From: Thermoanaerobaculia bacterium
GTDB taxonomy: Bacteria; Acidobacteriota; Thermoanaerobaculia; UBA5066
Direction of reading: 5' to 3'
Length of the DNA stretch: 64,000 bases
NCBI GenBank assembly: GCA_963816185.1
Contig: CAWFJJ010000006.1
Coordinates: 23,588 to 87,587 of the forward strand
Shown here: positions 1 to 10,420 of the stretch, one piece after another
How the letters are laid out: every line of letters starts with the position of its first letter
Numbering within the stretch: position 1 is the first letter of the stretch
Program-made: the position numbers and the translations under genes
The notes under the pieces: model-generated
What the model was told of the DNA's origin: nothing
The model's database searches: none
What the model saw: only the letters and a program-made list of their open reading frames with translations

Positions 1-1
1 G

Positions 2-142
2 TTCAGGAAGAGCGAGCTCGAGCGGCTCTTCCGCGACTCGCGCGCGGGGCGGTTCCACCCGGCGAACTCGGCGCTCGCTCACGAGATCGTCGGAAAGCTG
101 ACGCTCGGGATCAGCCCGGACGAGCAGCCGCGCTGGGGCTGA
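2..142 (+). CDS. Acyl-CoA dehydrogenase family protein, C-terminal end (partial, window edge)
   Basis: Manual translation FRKSELERLFRDSRAGRFHPANSALAHEIVGK...PRWG*; ELERLFRD is the typical ACAD C-terminal motif. Confidence 0.75.
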   Translation, partial: FRKSELERLFRDSRAGRFHPANSALAHEIVGKLTLGISPDEQPRWG

Positions 143-301
143 CGGCTTCCTCGACCCGGGCAGACACTGAGCCGAGCCCGGCGTCGGGGCGCAGACGACG
201 TTACGCCAGAGTTACACCGCTCCGTCCCCGTTACGGCCGCCCAAGGCCGTGCTGCGCAAGGCAAGCCATTCTCTAGAGAGCGTTTCGGCTCTCGTCTCGG
301 C

Positions 302-317
302 TGGCAGCGTACTTGCT
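302..317 (+). promoter_or_regulatory. Putative sigma-54 (-24/-12) promoter
   Basis: TGGCAGCGTACTTGCT = TGGC..TTGC with GG-N10-GC spacing, ~30 nt upstream of the TTG start at 346. Confidence 0.6.
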
Positions 318-345
318 CCGTCAGGGGGTTGTCCTAGGGGGACGA

Positions 346-1158
346 TTGTCGTCTGTCCTCATCTCTCGCGGCACCATGTCGGGCGGCGAGGCATTGGCTC
401 ATCGCCTGGCGGAGCGTCTCTCCCTCCGTTACGTCTCCCGGGAGGACCTCATCGAGGTGGTCGACGCCCAGGGCGAGCACGCGAAGAAAGTCAGGGCGAG
501 CCTCGACCGCGCCACCCGCGCGTACGACCAGTTCGGCCAGCTCCGCCGCCCGTACCTCGTGCTGATGCGACGTGCCTTGCTGGGTTTCATCCGGGAAGGC
601 AACGTCGTGTACGCCGGGTACGCGAGCCATCTCCTCGTGCCCACCGTGCCCTGTTGCATGCGCGTTCGAATCAACGCCCCCATGTCCCTCCGGGTCAAGA
701 ATGCAATTCAGCGGCTCGGCCTGGGGGAGGAAGAGGCGCGCGAAGCGGTTCTGCGCGAGGACGAGCAGCGCGTCCGGTGGGGTCGCTTCATGTATGGGCA
801 CGACATTCGCGACCCGAATCTCTATGACGTCTGTTTTCTGCTCGACAGGATGTCGGTCGACGCGATCTGCACCATGATCGCCGCGGGTCTCGGTGAGAAG
901 GATTTCCAGCCCACGCCCCAGGCTGCGAAGGCGCTTCAGGATCTTTTCGTCGCCGCGAGCGTCGAGGCGGCGCTCGTGAGCGATCCCCGCACGCTCTCCT
1001 GGGAGATCGGGGCGCGTTCGCGGGGTGGAAACGTCCTGCTGGAGGGGCCGTTCCTCGAAGATCGCAAGCTTATCGACGTCCTCGAGGTCGCGCGAGGAGT
1101 CGAGGGCGTCGAGGCCGCCGAGTACCAGCCTGGATGTGTGTCGAGTTTCGACCACTGA
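346..1158 (+). CDS. Cytidylate kinase-like family protein with C-terminal BON-like domain
   Basis: ISRGTMSGG..LA.RL P-loop-like start; VRINAPMSLRV; YGHDIRDPNLYDV motif; TTG start after GGGGGAC. Confidence 0.75.
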   Translation: MSSVLISRGTMSGGEALAHRLAERLSLRYVSREDLIEVVDAQGEHAKKVRASLDRATRAYDQFGQLRRPYLVLMRRALLGFIREGNVVYAGYASHLLVPTVPCCMRVRINAPMSLRVKNAIQRLGLGEEEAREAVLREDEQRVRWGRFMYGHDIRDPNLYDVCFLLDRMSVDAICTMIAAGLGEKDFQPTPQAAKALQDLFVAASVEAALVSDPRTLSWEIGARSRGGNVLLEGPFLEDRKLIDVLEVARGVEGVEAAEYQPGCVSSFDH

Positions 1159-1189
1159 CCGATTGCCAGCGTATGCCGGGAGTCAATCC

Positions 1190-2077
1190 ATGCCCATAAC
1201 AGCCGACACCAGCCGCCGCGCCGCCTTCGAAACGATAAGAGAATTCCTCGTGCGAGCCGCCGAGGCCGAGGAATCGCTGATCCAGCTCGCCGCGGCTCGC
1301 AACGAGCTGCTCCGGCACTCGAGCAAGACCGGCGACGACCTACTGGGCTTCACCTCCAACACGACGGACCTGACCGAACGACAGACCTCCATGGCCCAGG
1401 AGCGGACCGCCCTGACCCGCGAGCAGACGCGCCTCTCGACCCGAAGCACCGAGCTCGCGAACATCCGTACGGAGCTCGGCCGCGAGCGAACTTCACTCGC
1501 CGGCGAACGAACCGACATGGCGGTGGCCCGGACCGAAATGGCGCGCCGCCGCTCCTCGCTGGCCGAAGGACGCACGGGTCTCGCGCAGTCGCGAACGGTT
1601 CTCGCCGAAGAGCGCACAGGGCTCGCGAAGCAGCGCACCGGCATGGCGCACGAGCGGACGGACCTCTCCGTCACGCGCACCAGCATGGCGCGTGAACGCA
1701 ACGAGCTCGCTCTCCAGCGCACCGACTACTCCGTGCGCCGAACCAACCTCGCCGGGGAGCGAAACCAGCTCGCGACGGTGCGTACGGTCAGGGCCGCGTC
1801 GCGCACCCGGCTTTCGTTCCAGAGGACCGAAATGGCCCGGGAGAGGACGTACCTTGCTCTCCTGCGCACGGGCCTCGCCTTGCTCACTTTCGGAGTCGTT
1901 CTCTTCCGGACGTTCGGAGTCTCCTGGTGGAGCCTCTTCGACGGGGCACTCGTCCTCATCAGCATCGGCCTCGTCGTCGTGGGATCCTCGGGTTATGTCA
2001 AGAGTCACCGGCTGGTGCAGAAGCTCGGCATTCTGATCCAGTCCGACAGGGGGCTGACGGATCTCGAAGCGGGCTGA
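1190..2077 (+). CDS. DUF202 (YidH-like) membrane protein with long heptad-repeat coiled coil
   Basis: C-terminal MARERTYLALLRTGLALL plus 2 TM helices (DUF202 signature), preceded by many ERTxLA-type heptads. Confidence 0.7.
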   Translation: MPITADTSRRAAFETIREFLVRAAEAEESLIQLAAARNELLRHSSKTGDDLLGFTSNTTDLTERQTSMAQERTALTREQTRLSTRSTELANIRTELGRERTSLAGERTDMAVARTEMARRRSSLAEGRTGLAQSRTVLAEERTGLAKQRTGMAHERTDLSVTRTSMARERNELALQRTDYSVRRTNLAGERNQLATVRTVRAASRTRLSFQRTEMARERTYLALLRTGLALLTFGVVLFRTFGVSWWSLFDGALVLISIGLVVVGSSGYVKSHRLVQKLGILIQSDRGLTDLEAG

Positions 2078-2091
2078 TTCCGATACGAAGG

Positions 2092-2712
2092 TCAGGTTGC
2101 AGCGGTTCCGGCATCGCGACGCCCGCCGTGCTCTGCCGTGTCAGTGTCTGCCTGAAATTTCTCGACTTGATAGACCGCAAGCTGCACGGCACCAGCCCAA
2201 AGGCCGGCGGGAACCCCGGCCTTTTGCTTGAGAAGAGCCATGAACTCGCGCGGCTCCGGGTGCTGGCTCCAGACCTGCGGCAGAAAAGTGGCGCGCCGCC
2301 CGCCGTACTGAAAAATGACGCCGTCGACGCCCGGACGAAGGAGGCTCAGGGCTTCCGCCTCGCTGCTGAACTGGAGCGGTTGCGGCGCGGTCAGCACGGA
2401 GACCTCGATGCTCACGGCAGACAATTCCTCGGATGCAAGGGTTGGAAAGCGCGGGTCGCCAAAAGCGGCGGCGCAGGCGTTCCGAGTCACGTCGTCGTAG
2501 AGGGAACGATGCGCCTCGAGCGAGCCGATGCAGCCGCGCAGCCGCCCGTGAAGGGTGAGGGTGACGAAGGTGGCAGCCGGCTCGTCGAGCCAGAGGGGAC
2601 GTGGCAACGCGGGCCAAGCCTCGCCGAATTCGGCCGCTATGGCGGCGCGTGCCAGTGAGGTGAGAAGCCGCCCTCTGGCCTGATGCTCCGTGAGCGAATG
2701 AGTTCCTTCCGT
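2092..2712 (-). CDS. amrA: AmmeMemoRadiSam system protein A (AMMECR1 family); start uncertain
   Basis: ATFVTL..GRLRGCIGSL, AAFGDPRF, IEVSVLT, ATFLPQVW, LKQKAG motifs. Confidence 0.85.
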   Translation of the reverse strand, partial: TEGTHSLTEHQARGRLLTSLARAAIAAEFGEAWPALPRPLWLDEPAATFVTLTLHGRLRGCIGSLEAHRSLYDDVTRNACAAAFGDPRFPTLASEELSAVSIEVSVLTAPQPLQFSSEAEALSLLRPGVDGVIFQYGGRRATFLPQVWSQHPEPREFMALLKQKAGVPAGLWAGAVQLAVYQVEKFQADTDTAEHGGRRDAGTAAT

Positions 2713-2899
2713 AAGGCCACCGCCGCGTAACCGACGACGCGCCCTTTGTCGACGACCGCCTCGTCGGGAGTTCCGCGAGTCTATCAGGCGGGCACGAACG
2801 TGTCGCCGTGAACCGCGGACCTTTACGCTATAGAATCGTCGCGCGTTCAAACCAACCCGGCGCGACGCACGTTCGCGCCCTTTCCAGAAAGGAAGGTCC

Positions 2900-3340
2900 A
2901 TGAGACGTTTCCTCACTTTCACCGTCGCCGCGCTGTTCGTGGTCGCGGCCTTCTCCGTCTCCGCGGGCGATCCGCCGAAGGGCGGAGGCGACGCGGCCAA
3001 GAGCCCGCAGGCGAAGGTCTACCTCGACTGGGTCAAGGCCGTGAAGGCTGGGAACCTCGACGCGTGGAAGAAGGTCGTTCCGGCCGAGGCGTCGCAGCAG
3101 ATCGAAGCCCAGGCCAAGGAGATGAAGAAGACGCCCAAGGACGTGCTCGAGTTCCTCGGGGCGATGACCCCGGACGACAGCAAGATCACGGGCCTCAAGG
3201 TCGACGGAAAGAAAGCCACGCTCAAGGTGACCGGGAAGACGAAGGGCGATCCCAAGCCCTCGTATGGGAGCGTCGAGATGATCCAGGAGGGAGGCGGCTG
3301 GAAGGTCGGCAAGCAAAGCTGGAGCGACAAGCCGGAGTAG
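2900..3340 (+). CDS. Secreted hypothetical protein (NTF2-like/DUF4878-like)
   Basis: GGAAGG RBS, signal peptide, C-terminal EGGGWKV motif. Confidence 0.65.
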   Translation: MRRFLTFTVAALFVVAAFSVSAGDPPKGGGDAAKSPQAKVYLDWVKAVKAGNLDAWKKVVPAEASQQIEAQAKEMKKTPKDVLEFLGAMTPDDSKITGLKVDGKKATLKVTGKTKGDPKPSYGSVEMIQEGGGWKVGKQSWSDKPE

Positions 3341-3390
3341 CGGGGATCGACGGAGCTCCTTCGACTGCCGGGCCTTTGAACATGAGACCC

Positions 3391-3418
3391 TAGGGGGGGC
3401 CGCTCTTGGCCCCCCCTA
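3391..3418. terminator. GC hairpin between convergent genes
   Basis: TAGGGGGGGCC-GCTCTT-GGCCCCCCCTA inverted repeat. Confidence 0.5.
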
Positions 3419-5443
3419 GCGAGGTAGTCCCATCCCCCAGTAGTTCGCCTCGAAGAACGGCATGTAGTCCTTCTTCGTCAGGAAACCGAGCAAGCCGGCG
3501 ACGTGCTTCGTCGTGCCGAACTTCCAACGAAACGTCTTTTGATACGACTTGAGGAACGTCAGGAAGGTCGCCTCGCCGATTTCCTTGTGCAGCACCGACA
3601 GAAGGTACGGACCCTTTCCGTACAGGAGCCCTGTACGGTATTGGTCCTCCATCTCGCGGTCGTTCGGCATGTCGATGCGGTTGGCGAGCGCGATCGGCGC
3701 GACGCCATTGGCGAGCTTCGCACGCGATTTCCAGCCCGCCACGAGCATCTCGTAGTCACCCTTGCCCTTGGCGTCGCGAATGAAGAGCGCCGCGCAGTAT
3801 TCCGCGAATGCCTCCTCCAGCCACTGCTCTTCCGGGCCCGGGCTCTTCACCACCGTGCCCCAATACTGGTGGGCGATTTCGTGGGCGAAGCGGTGATTGA
3901 CGCCTCCGGAGAAAAGCTGGTTCGCCTCACCCATGATCGGGTTGAACGCCTCCTTGGTGATGAAGAGAGTGCCCGGCGGCGCCTGCCCCCAGCCGTAGTC
4001 GTTGATCTCGATGATGTTGAGCTCCCGGAACGGGAAAGGCCCGAGGAAGCCTTCGTAGTACTTGATTACGCTGAATGCGAGGTTCGTGAGCTTCTTGAAC
4101 GCGTGCGGATGGTTCATCGCGTACGAGGCCACGCGCACGGTCATTCCCTCGCGCGTCTCCTCCTGGTAGCGGTAGTTGCCCGCCAAGACAACGGGAAAGT
4201 CCACTGGGTCGGCGATCTCCGTCTCGACGACGTTCTCGTCTCCGTCCACCCGACGGCTCGTTGTGACGCCAGGCGCGAACGGCAAGAACGGCTTCTTGAC
4301 CCGCACCGTGGCGCGCATCGTGAATGAGCGGCCCGTCTGCTGCGGCAGCGGCAGCCAGTTGCCCTCCAGGAGCCAGAAGTTATCGCCCTGCGGGCGCACG
4401 AGAAAATCGCCTTCAACCTCGAAGGTCAGCTTGAACGGCCTGTTCGCTGCGGCGACCGTGGGGAGACCCACCAGGAGCGCGCCGCGGTCGTGGTGGAACG
4501 GTAGAGACGTCCCGTCCTCAGCCTTCACCGAGCGCAGCCGCTCGGAGCGCAACCGCACGACGCCCGTTCCCGTCACGTCCCAGCGCGTGTTCGTCAGGCC
4601 GAAGTCGAAGACGGAGCGCGGTCGCCGGAGGGGCACGATCGTCTCGACGACCGTGAGGGTTGTGTCGCGGCCGTCCGTCGCGCGAAGCGTGTAGTCGATA
4701 TTGGTCACGACGAAGGGGGCCGGCTGCAGGTCCCGTCGGTCTCGAGCGGACTGGCTCGATAGCGTCGTCCTCCAAAGGCGCTTCTTCACCTCGTCGTCGG
4801 CCAGACTGTCTTTGATCTTCCGGATCACGTCGAGGCGTTCGACGTCGCCCTCGATGGAATCGGAGACGTAGACGTAGGCCTCCTGCCCACCGGAGATCTC
4901 GAGGCGCAGCACTTTTGCCGAGGGCGCGTCGAGCCGCTGGAGGATGAACGGATGCGAAGGAGGGCTCTCCTGTATCCGCCCGAACCATCCTCGGTGCGCC
5001 TTGAACGCTCCGTCGAGTGGCGCGCCTTGCGCAGCGGCCGCGGCGGCATCGGGGTCCGTGGTCAGGACGAGGAGCTCCGTGAAGGTGTCCCTGAGCGTGA
5101 GGGACTTGTCGCCCTTCTCCAGCTTGAGCGACGTCGCCTTCTTGACGTTGAACTCGACGGCCGGCAGCTCGATCGGATCGGCGGCTCGATACTCGAAGGA
5201 GCCTCTTCCCGTGAAGAAGAAGCCGACGACGTCGTCACCGGCCTTGACTGGCACACGCCAGCCGTCGGCTAGCAGCACCACCATGTGCCCGGACTCAATG
5301 CGGGTTCCTCGTACCTGTGTCGATGCGCCCGCCGCGGCAAGGGCTTCGTAGCTCTTCGCAAGCGCGGCCACACTCGGCGCAGCGGCGGATGCAGGACCGG
5401 AGAGCGCGAGGACTGCTCCTGCCATCCGGAAAAAGTCTCTCAT
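3416..5443 (-). CDS. M1 family aminopeptidase (secreted)
   Basis: AHEIAHQYWG (HExxH), WLEEAFAEY, YGKG motifs; signal peptide. Confidence 0.85.
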   Translation of the reverse strand: MRDFFRMAGAVLALSGPASAAAPSVAALAKSYEALAAAGASTQVRGTRIESGHMVVLLADGWRVPVKAGDDVVGFFFTGRGSFEYRAADPIELPAVEFNVKKATSLKLEKGDKSLTLRDTFTELLVLTTDPDAAAAAAQGAPLDGAFKAHRGWFGRIQESPPSHPFILQRLDAPSAKVLRLEISGGQEAYVYVSDSIEGDVERLDVIRKIKDSLADDEVKKRLWRTTLSSQSARDRRDLQPAPFVVTNIDYTLRATDGRDTTLTVVETIVPLRRPRSVFDFGLTNTRWDVTGTGVVRLRSERLRSVKAEDGTSLPFHHDRGALLVGLPTVAAANRPFKLTFEVEGDFLVRPQGDNFWLLEGNWLPLPQQTGRSFTMRATVRVKKPFLPFAPGVTTSRRVDGDENVVETEIADPVDFPVVLAGNYRYQEETREGMTVRVASYAMNHPHAFKKLTNLAFSVIKYYEGFLGPFPFRELNIIEINDYGWGQAPPGTLFITKEAFNPIMGEANQLFSGGVNHRFAHEIAHQYWGTVVKSPGPEEQWLEEAFAEYCAALFIRDAKGKGDYEMLVAGWKSRAKLANGVAPIALANRIDMPNDREMEDQYRTGLLYGKGPYLLSVLHKEIGEATFLTFLKSYQKTFRWKFGTTKHVAGLLGFLTKKDYMPFFEANYWGMGLPR

Positions 5444-5584
5444 CTATGTTTATGCGGCTCCCACCGTGCGCTCTGACATGGCCAGCCACGCGCAACAAAT
5501 CATCATACCCTTCCGATTTCATGAGCTCCCGCCCGTTTGGGCTCGAGAAGCTCGAAAGATCGTCGGCCGGAAGGACCGCACGGC

Positions 5585-6865
5585 CTACCTGCGGTCCGGC
5601 GACTGGATATGCCCGGCGCCCGTGTGGAGGTCGAGGCGGAGAATCCCCCTGCTCACCACGCTGGCTCGTGTGGAGTCCGTGACTCGGATGTCGCCTTGGC
5701 GCAGCCGCACGACGACCTGTTCCAGGCCGGCGGCTGGAACGCGGAGGCTTGCGAAGCAATTCAGGTCCGTAAACAGGCCGCGCTGCTCGATCCGGAACAG
5801 GAGCCTCGGCACGGGACCCGGGATGAATTCGACGTGCGCGCCAAGCCGGCTCAGTGGCAGCCCGAAGCCGTGCAGCTCGCCCCGAATCGTCACCTGCGAA
5901 GACGGTGCGTCGACGAGAGCGATTTCGATCGTCCCTTTCGGGGCCTGGACCTCCAGAACCCGCGGCGCCTGCGGCAGGGAGGGGAGTGGCACGACCGAGT
6001 CGATCGGCGTGCCGTGCGGCGTCGCGAAGAGCGCGACGAGGACACCCGCAGCTCCGAGGACGGCTGTGACACTCGAAGCCCTGGGCCAGCGCCACTCGGG
6101 GCGGGCTGCAAGTGGAGCGGCGTCCAGCGCTTCGTCGCGGGGAAGGTGCAGCACATGGTAGTAGAGGACGTGCGATACCCCGGCCGCAAGGAGCGCCGAC
6201 CAGAGGATATCGGAGAGGAAATGGGCGCCCGCGGCCATGCGTCCCACCCCCAGGAGCCCTCCCGCGAGGAGACCCGTTGAGAGCGAAGTGAGCGCCGGCG
6301 CTCGGCGGCGTTTCCAGATCCACCAGCCGATGCCGTAGAGGAAGCCAACCGTGCAATGGCCGCAGGGAAACGAGGCCCCTCCTTCGCGACCGGGAAGAGG
6401 CGTCGGGACGTAGCGCAACGCCCCCCCGAATTCGACGATCTCGCGGGGCCGCGGGTGATTCCAGTGATCCTTGAGCAGCACGTTGCCGAGAAGGCCGGGG
6501 CCCAGAACAACGCTCAGCAGGACGAAGACCCCGTGCCGGCTCCACGGCCTGCGCCTGAGGTGGGCGCCGGCCGCGAGCATCGCGAGGCCCGCGATCACGA
6601 GCGACGCCGTGATCCAGGGTGACGCGCGATAAAGCAACGGCCAAGGGGCTTGCGTCGCGAGAGGCCAGTGGTCGGTGCCGGTCGGCCGGTAGAACCAGCG
6701 TGCGACGGCGACGTCGAGGGACGAGACGCCGAAGAGGAGCGTTACAGCCAGCGCCGACAGCACGAGCAGCGCCCCTTCCTGCAGCCGCCCTGATTCGGGC
6801 GGAGGCGAGCTGCCGACGATCACGCCGTCGTCCGTTCGCATCCGCCGATTATCGGTTTCGTCCAC
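5585..6865 (-). CDS. PAP2 family phosphatase (membrane) with C-terminal extension
   Basis: KDHWNHPRP, SFPCGH, RMAAGAHFLSD = PAP2 C1/C2/C3 motifs. Confidence 0.85.
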   Translation of the reverse strand: MDETDNRRMRTDDGVIVGSSPPPESGRLQEGALLVLSALAVTLLFGVSSLDVAVARWFYRPTGTDHWPLATQAPWPLLYRASPWITASLVIAGLAMLAAGAHLRRRPWSRHGVFVLLSVVLGPGLLGNVLLKDHWNHPRPREIVEFGGALRYVPTPLPGREGGASFPCGHCTVGFLYGIGWWIWKRRRAPALTSLSTGLLAGGLLGVGRMAAGAHFLSDILWSALLAAGVSHVLYYHVLHLPRDEALDAAPLAARPEWRWPRASSVTAVLGAAGVLVALFATPHGTPIDSVVPLPSLPQAPRVLEVQAPKGTIEIALVDAPSSQVTIRGELHGFGLPLSRLGAHVEFIPGPVPRLLFRIEQRGLFTDLNCFASLRVPAAGLEQVVVRLRQGDIRVTDSTRASVVSRGILRLDLHTGAGHIQSPDRR

Positions 6866-6993
6866 CGTCGGGCTCCCGACATCGGGTACGACGTCGAGAC
6901 CACTGATATCCGCCCACTCACGTGCCCGCCGTCGGACACGATATCGTCAGCTCGTCGAGTGCCAGATTCGCTCGACCGGGTCGGAGGGCGTCG

Positions 6994-8673
6994 ATGAATA
7001 CGGCGGGAAAAGAGTTTCTCAAGGCTCGCGACTTTCTGCAGGAGCATCGCGAGGACTACGAATCGGCGTACCGCGGCTTCCGCTGGCCCGAGCTCGAGGA
7101 GTTCAACTGGGCCCTCGACTTCTTCGACCCCTGGGCCGAGGGTAACCAACGCCCGGCTCTCTGGATCGTCGACGAACAGGGTCGCGAGTGGAAATACTCG
7201 TTCGCCGAGATGCGGGAACGCTCGAACCGCGTCGCGAACTTCCTCCGACGGCTGGGGCTTCAGCGCGGAGGCCGGGTCCTTCTCATGCTCGACAACCAGC
7301 CCGAGCTGTGGGAGACGGTTCTGGCCGCCATCAAGCTCGGCGCGGTCCTCATCCCGTCGTCGCTTCTCCTGACGAAGAGCGACCTTCAGGACCGGATTCG
7401 CCGCGGACAGGTGACGCTCGTCGCCGCGACACCCGAGAACACTGGCAAGTTCGAGGGGCTCGAAGGGAGTTTCGTGAAGGTCCTCGTCGGCGGAAAAGCG
7501 GACGGCTGGGTCTCGTACGAGGAGGCGGGCGAGGCCCCCGCAGCCTTCCGCGCCGACTTCGTGACGAAGATCTCCGACGCCCTCTTCCTCTATTTCACGT
7601 CCGGAACGACCGCGCTTCCCAAGATGGTGCTTCACACGAACGGCTCCTATCCGGTCGGGCATCTTTCGACGATGTACTGGGTCGGGCTGAAGGAGGGCGA
7701 CCTTCACCTGAACATCAGCTCGCCGGGGTGGGCCAAGCACGCATGGAGCTCTTTCTTCGCGCCCTGGAACGCCGGCGCGACGATCTTCGTCCACAAGTAC
7801 GCACGCTTTTCCCCGGCTTCCCTTCTCGAGACGCTGCGGAAATACCGGATCAACACGCTCTGCGCACCGCCGACCGTCTGGAGGATGGTGATCCTCGAGA
7901 CCCTGGGAGCGCGGCCCGAAGGGCTGCGCGAGCTCGTGAGCGCCGGCGAGCCGCTGAACCCGGAGGTCATTGCACGGGTCGAGAAGGAGTGGGGCCTCAC
8001 GATCCGCGACGGCTACGGCCAAACGGAGACGACGCTGCAGGTGGGAAACATGCCCGGCCTCCCCGTGAAGGTCGGCTCCATGGGGCGTCCCGCGCCCGGC
8101 TACCGGCTGGAGTTGCTCGACTCCGACGGCCGGGAGGCCGACGAAGGAGAGCTGGCTGTCCACCTCGAGCCGCGCCCCCTCGGTTTGATGGTCAACTACG
8201 CGGACGATCTCGCCCGCACCCGCGCTGCGATGTCGGGGGGCTACTACCGGACGGGCGACACGGCCTCGCGCGATTCGGAGGGGTACTTCTGGTTCATCGG
8301 CCGCGCGGACGACGTCTTCAAGAGCTCGGACTACCGGATCAGCCCGTTCGAGATCGAGAGCTCCCTCCTCGAGTGCGGCCCCGTCGCCGAGGCGGCCGTC
8401 GTTCCCTCTCCCGACCCGATCCGCGGCTTCGTTCCGAAGGCCTACGTCACGCTCAAGCCCGGCTTCAAGCCGGATGCGGCGACCGCGGCGATGATCTTCG
8501 AGACGCTCCGGGCGAAGGTGGCCCCTTTCCGCCGCGTCCGGCGCCTCGAGTTCGTCACGGACCTCCCGAAGACCGTATCGGGCAAGATCCGCCGCGTCCA
8601 GCTTCGCGGCCAGGAGACGAACCGCGACGCGATGAGGCCGCAAGAGTTCCGCGAGGAGAGTTCGAAGGGTTGA
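6994..8673 (+). CDS. AMP-binding acyl-CoA synthetase
   Basis: YFTSGTTALPK, SAGEPLNP, DGYGQTE, YRTGD, LPKTVSGKI motifs. Confidence 0.9.
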   Translation: MNTAGKEFLKARDFLQEHREDYESAYRGFRWPELEEFNWALDFFDPWAEGNQRPALWIVDEQGREWKYSFAEMRERSNRVANFLRRLGLQRGGRVLLMLDNQPELWETVLAAIKLGAVLIPSSLLLTKSDLQDRIRRGQVTLVAATPENTGKFEGLEGSFVKVLVGGKADGWVSYEEAGEAPAAFRADFVTKISDALFLYFTSGTTALPKMVLHTNGSYPVGHLSTMYWVGLKEGDLHLNISSPGWAKHAWSSFFAPWNAGATIFVHKYARFSPASLLETLRKYRINTLCAPPTVWRMVILETLGARPEGLRELVSAGEPLNPEVIARVEKEWGLTIRDGYGQTETTLQVGNMPGLPVKVGSMGRPAPGYRLELLDSDGREADEGELAVHLEPRPLGLMVNYADDLARTRAAMSGGYYRTGDTASRDSEGYFWFIGRADDVFKSSDYRISPFEIESSLLECGPVAEAAVVPSPDPIRGFVPKAYVTLKPGFKPDAATAAMIFETLRAKVAPFRRVRRLEFVTDLPKTVSGKIRRVQLRGQETNRDAMRPQEFREESSKG

Positions 8674-8759
8674 GGGGCGGACTTTTCGCCTCGGGATCAA
8701 GCAGCTGAATGTCCGTCCTCTATGAACTGCCTCCGCGTACCCTTCCAGCGACAGTGCCG

Positions 8760-8775
8760 TGGCATAGGTGTTGCT
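8760..8775 (+). promoter_or_regulatory. Putative sigma-54 promoter
   Basis: TGGCATAGGTGTTGCT, GG-N10-GC, 55 nt upstream of the DUF3300 gene. Confidence 0.6.
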
Positions 8776-8829
8776 GCGCCCTGTCATGGGTCCCGTTCGG
8801 CGTGAACCAAGACCCAGCGGAGGTATGAG

Positions 8830-10260
8830 ATGGCATACCGAATGGCCCGGCAGGTCTGTGTCTTAGCGGCTATGTCAGGAAGTCCGCTTCTCTTGATGGC
8901 TCAGGAGCAGGGGCCGGCAGCAGAGGCTTCCGGGAACGAGGCATCGGTCCAGTCGCAAAATCTGGCCCCGGAGCAACTCGCCGACCTGGTCGCGCCCATC
9001 GCGCTGTATCCCGATCCGCTTCTGAGTCAGGTCCTGGTCGCGAGCACCTACCCGTTGGAGGTCGTCGAGGCGCAGCAGTGGCTGCAACGGAATAGACGTC
9101 TGAGGGGCCGGCAGCTGATGGACGCAGCCCAGGAGCAGAACTGGGACGCCAGCGTTCAGGGACTGGTGGCCTTTCCGGACGTGCTGGACACGCTGAACCA
9201 GGACGTCCAATGGACCACGGCATTGGGCAATGCCTTCCTCGCGCAGCAAGCGGACGTCATGAACGCGGTGCAGCGACTGCGCGCACGGGCGCAGGCGAAC
9301 GGTACGCTCTCCTCCACCCGGGAGCAGACGGTTACCACCGAGACGCCGGGCGAGCAGTCGGTCATAGAGATCGTGCCGGCCGATCCGCAGGTGATTTACG
9401 TGCCGGAATACGATCCAGACTCCATCTGGGGACCCCCGGAGTGGGGCACCTATCCGCCGCTGGATTACGTCAGCTACGGCTTCGGTTTCGGTCCGGCGAT
9501 TGACATCGGATTTTGCTTCGGCGGGTGGAACGGCTGGGGCTGGCGCGGCTGGGGTTGGGGCTGGGGCCCGAACTGGTTTGGCGGCTCGGTGTTCGTCAAC
9601 GGAGCGTTCTTCCGACATCATGGTTTCCACGGCCGGTTCCTGGCCGGCGGGTTTGCCGGCAGGAGGGTGTGGCGGCACGATCCAGGCCACCGGTCGGGAG
9701 TCTCGTACCCGAACGCTCGACTGGCAGCCCGGTATCAGTCTGCCTCGCTGGCTTCCCGGAGCACGATGGCAAGGCCGGAAAGCTTCAATTCGGCCCGATC
9801 GGCCGGCACGGGAAGCTGGAACCGGCTCGGGCCTGGGACCGCGTCGACACGCGGAAGCCGACCGGTCACGCAGGGCGTTCGCGCCGCGACACCGCGGAGC
9901 ACACGGCGCACAACCGAGGAAGCGTGGCGACGCTCTCCCGGTGCGCAACGCGAGCAGGTTCCCGTGCAGCGTTACTCGGCTCCGATGCGGCGCTATTCGG
10001 CCCCGGTGCGGCAGTACTCGGCTCCGGTGCAGCGGTATTCGGCTCCGATCCAGCGGTATTCGGCTCCGGTGCAGCGGTATTCGGCTCCGGTCCAGCGCTA
10101 CCCTTCTTCTACGCCGCGAGTGTCCCCGACGGGAAGTGGCGGGCGCAGCTTCGGCGGCGGTGCCGGCTCATACGGCTCAAGCCGTGGCGGAGGCGTGAGC
10201 AGCACGGGCGGCGGCCATGCCTCCGGTGGCGGCTCACACGTTGGCGGCCACCGCCGGTGA
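8830..10260 (+). CDS. DUF3300 domain protein with Gly/Arg-rich low-complexity tail
   Basis: [55 protein letters not shown]. Confidence 0.9.
   Translation: MAYRMARQVCVLAAMSGSPLLLMAQEQGPAAEASGNEASVQSQNLAPEQLADLVAPIALYPDPLLSQVLVASTYPLEVVEAQQWLQRNRRLRGRQLMDAAQEQNWDASVQGLVAFPDVLDTLNQDVQWTTALGNAFLAQQADVMNAVQRLRARAQANGTLSSTREQTVTTETPGEQSVIEIVPADPQVIYVPEYDPDSIWGPPEWGTYPPLDYVSYGFGFGPAIDIGFCFGGWNGWGWRGWGWGWGPNWFGGSVFVNGAFFRHHGFHGRFLAGGFAGRRVWRHDPGHRSGVSYPNARLAARYQSASLASRSTMARPESFNSARSAGTGSWNRLGPGTASTRGSRPVTQGVRAATPRSTRRTTEEAWRRSPGAQREQVPVQRYSAPMRRYSAPVRQYSAPVQRYSAPIQRYSAPVQRYSAPVQRYPSSTPRVSPTGSGGRSFGGGAGSYGSSRGGGVSSTGGGHASGGGSHVGGHRR
9961..10101 (+). repeat. 21-bp coding tandem repeat, ~6.7 units of P(V/M/I)(Q/R)(R/Q)YSA
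   Basis: Repeated CCGGTGCAGCGGTATTCGGCT units read directly. Confidence 0.9.
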
Positions 10261-10420
10261 CTCGGATGAAGGAGTCGACCGCCTAGACGCCCCCGCGGCG
10301 CCCCCGCGCGCCTCGCCCGCGCTCCGCATCGCTCACGGGTCGGCCCTCGGTCGGCTTCCGGCTCTCCGCTTGATGATTGACGCGGGAAGAGCGGGAGTTC
10401 ACTTTAGCCACGGAGGTTCC

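Noticed and set aside
9961-10101. Possible CRISPR array
   Set aside because: In-frame coding 21-bp repeat without spacers
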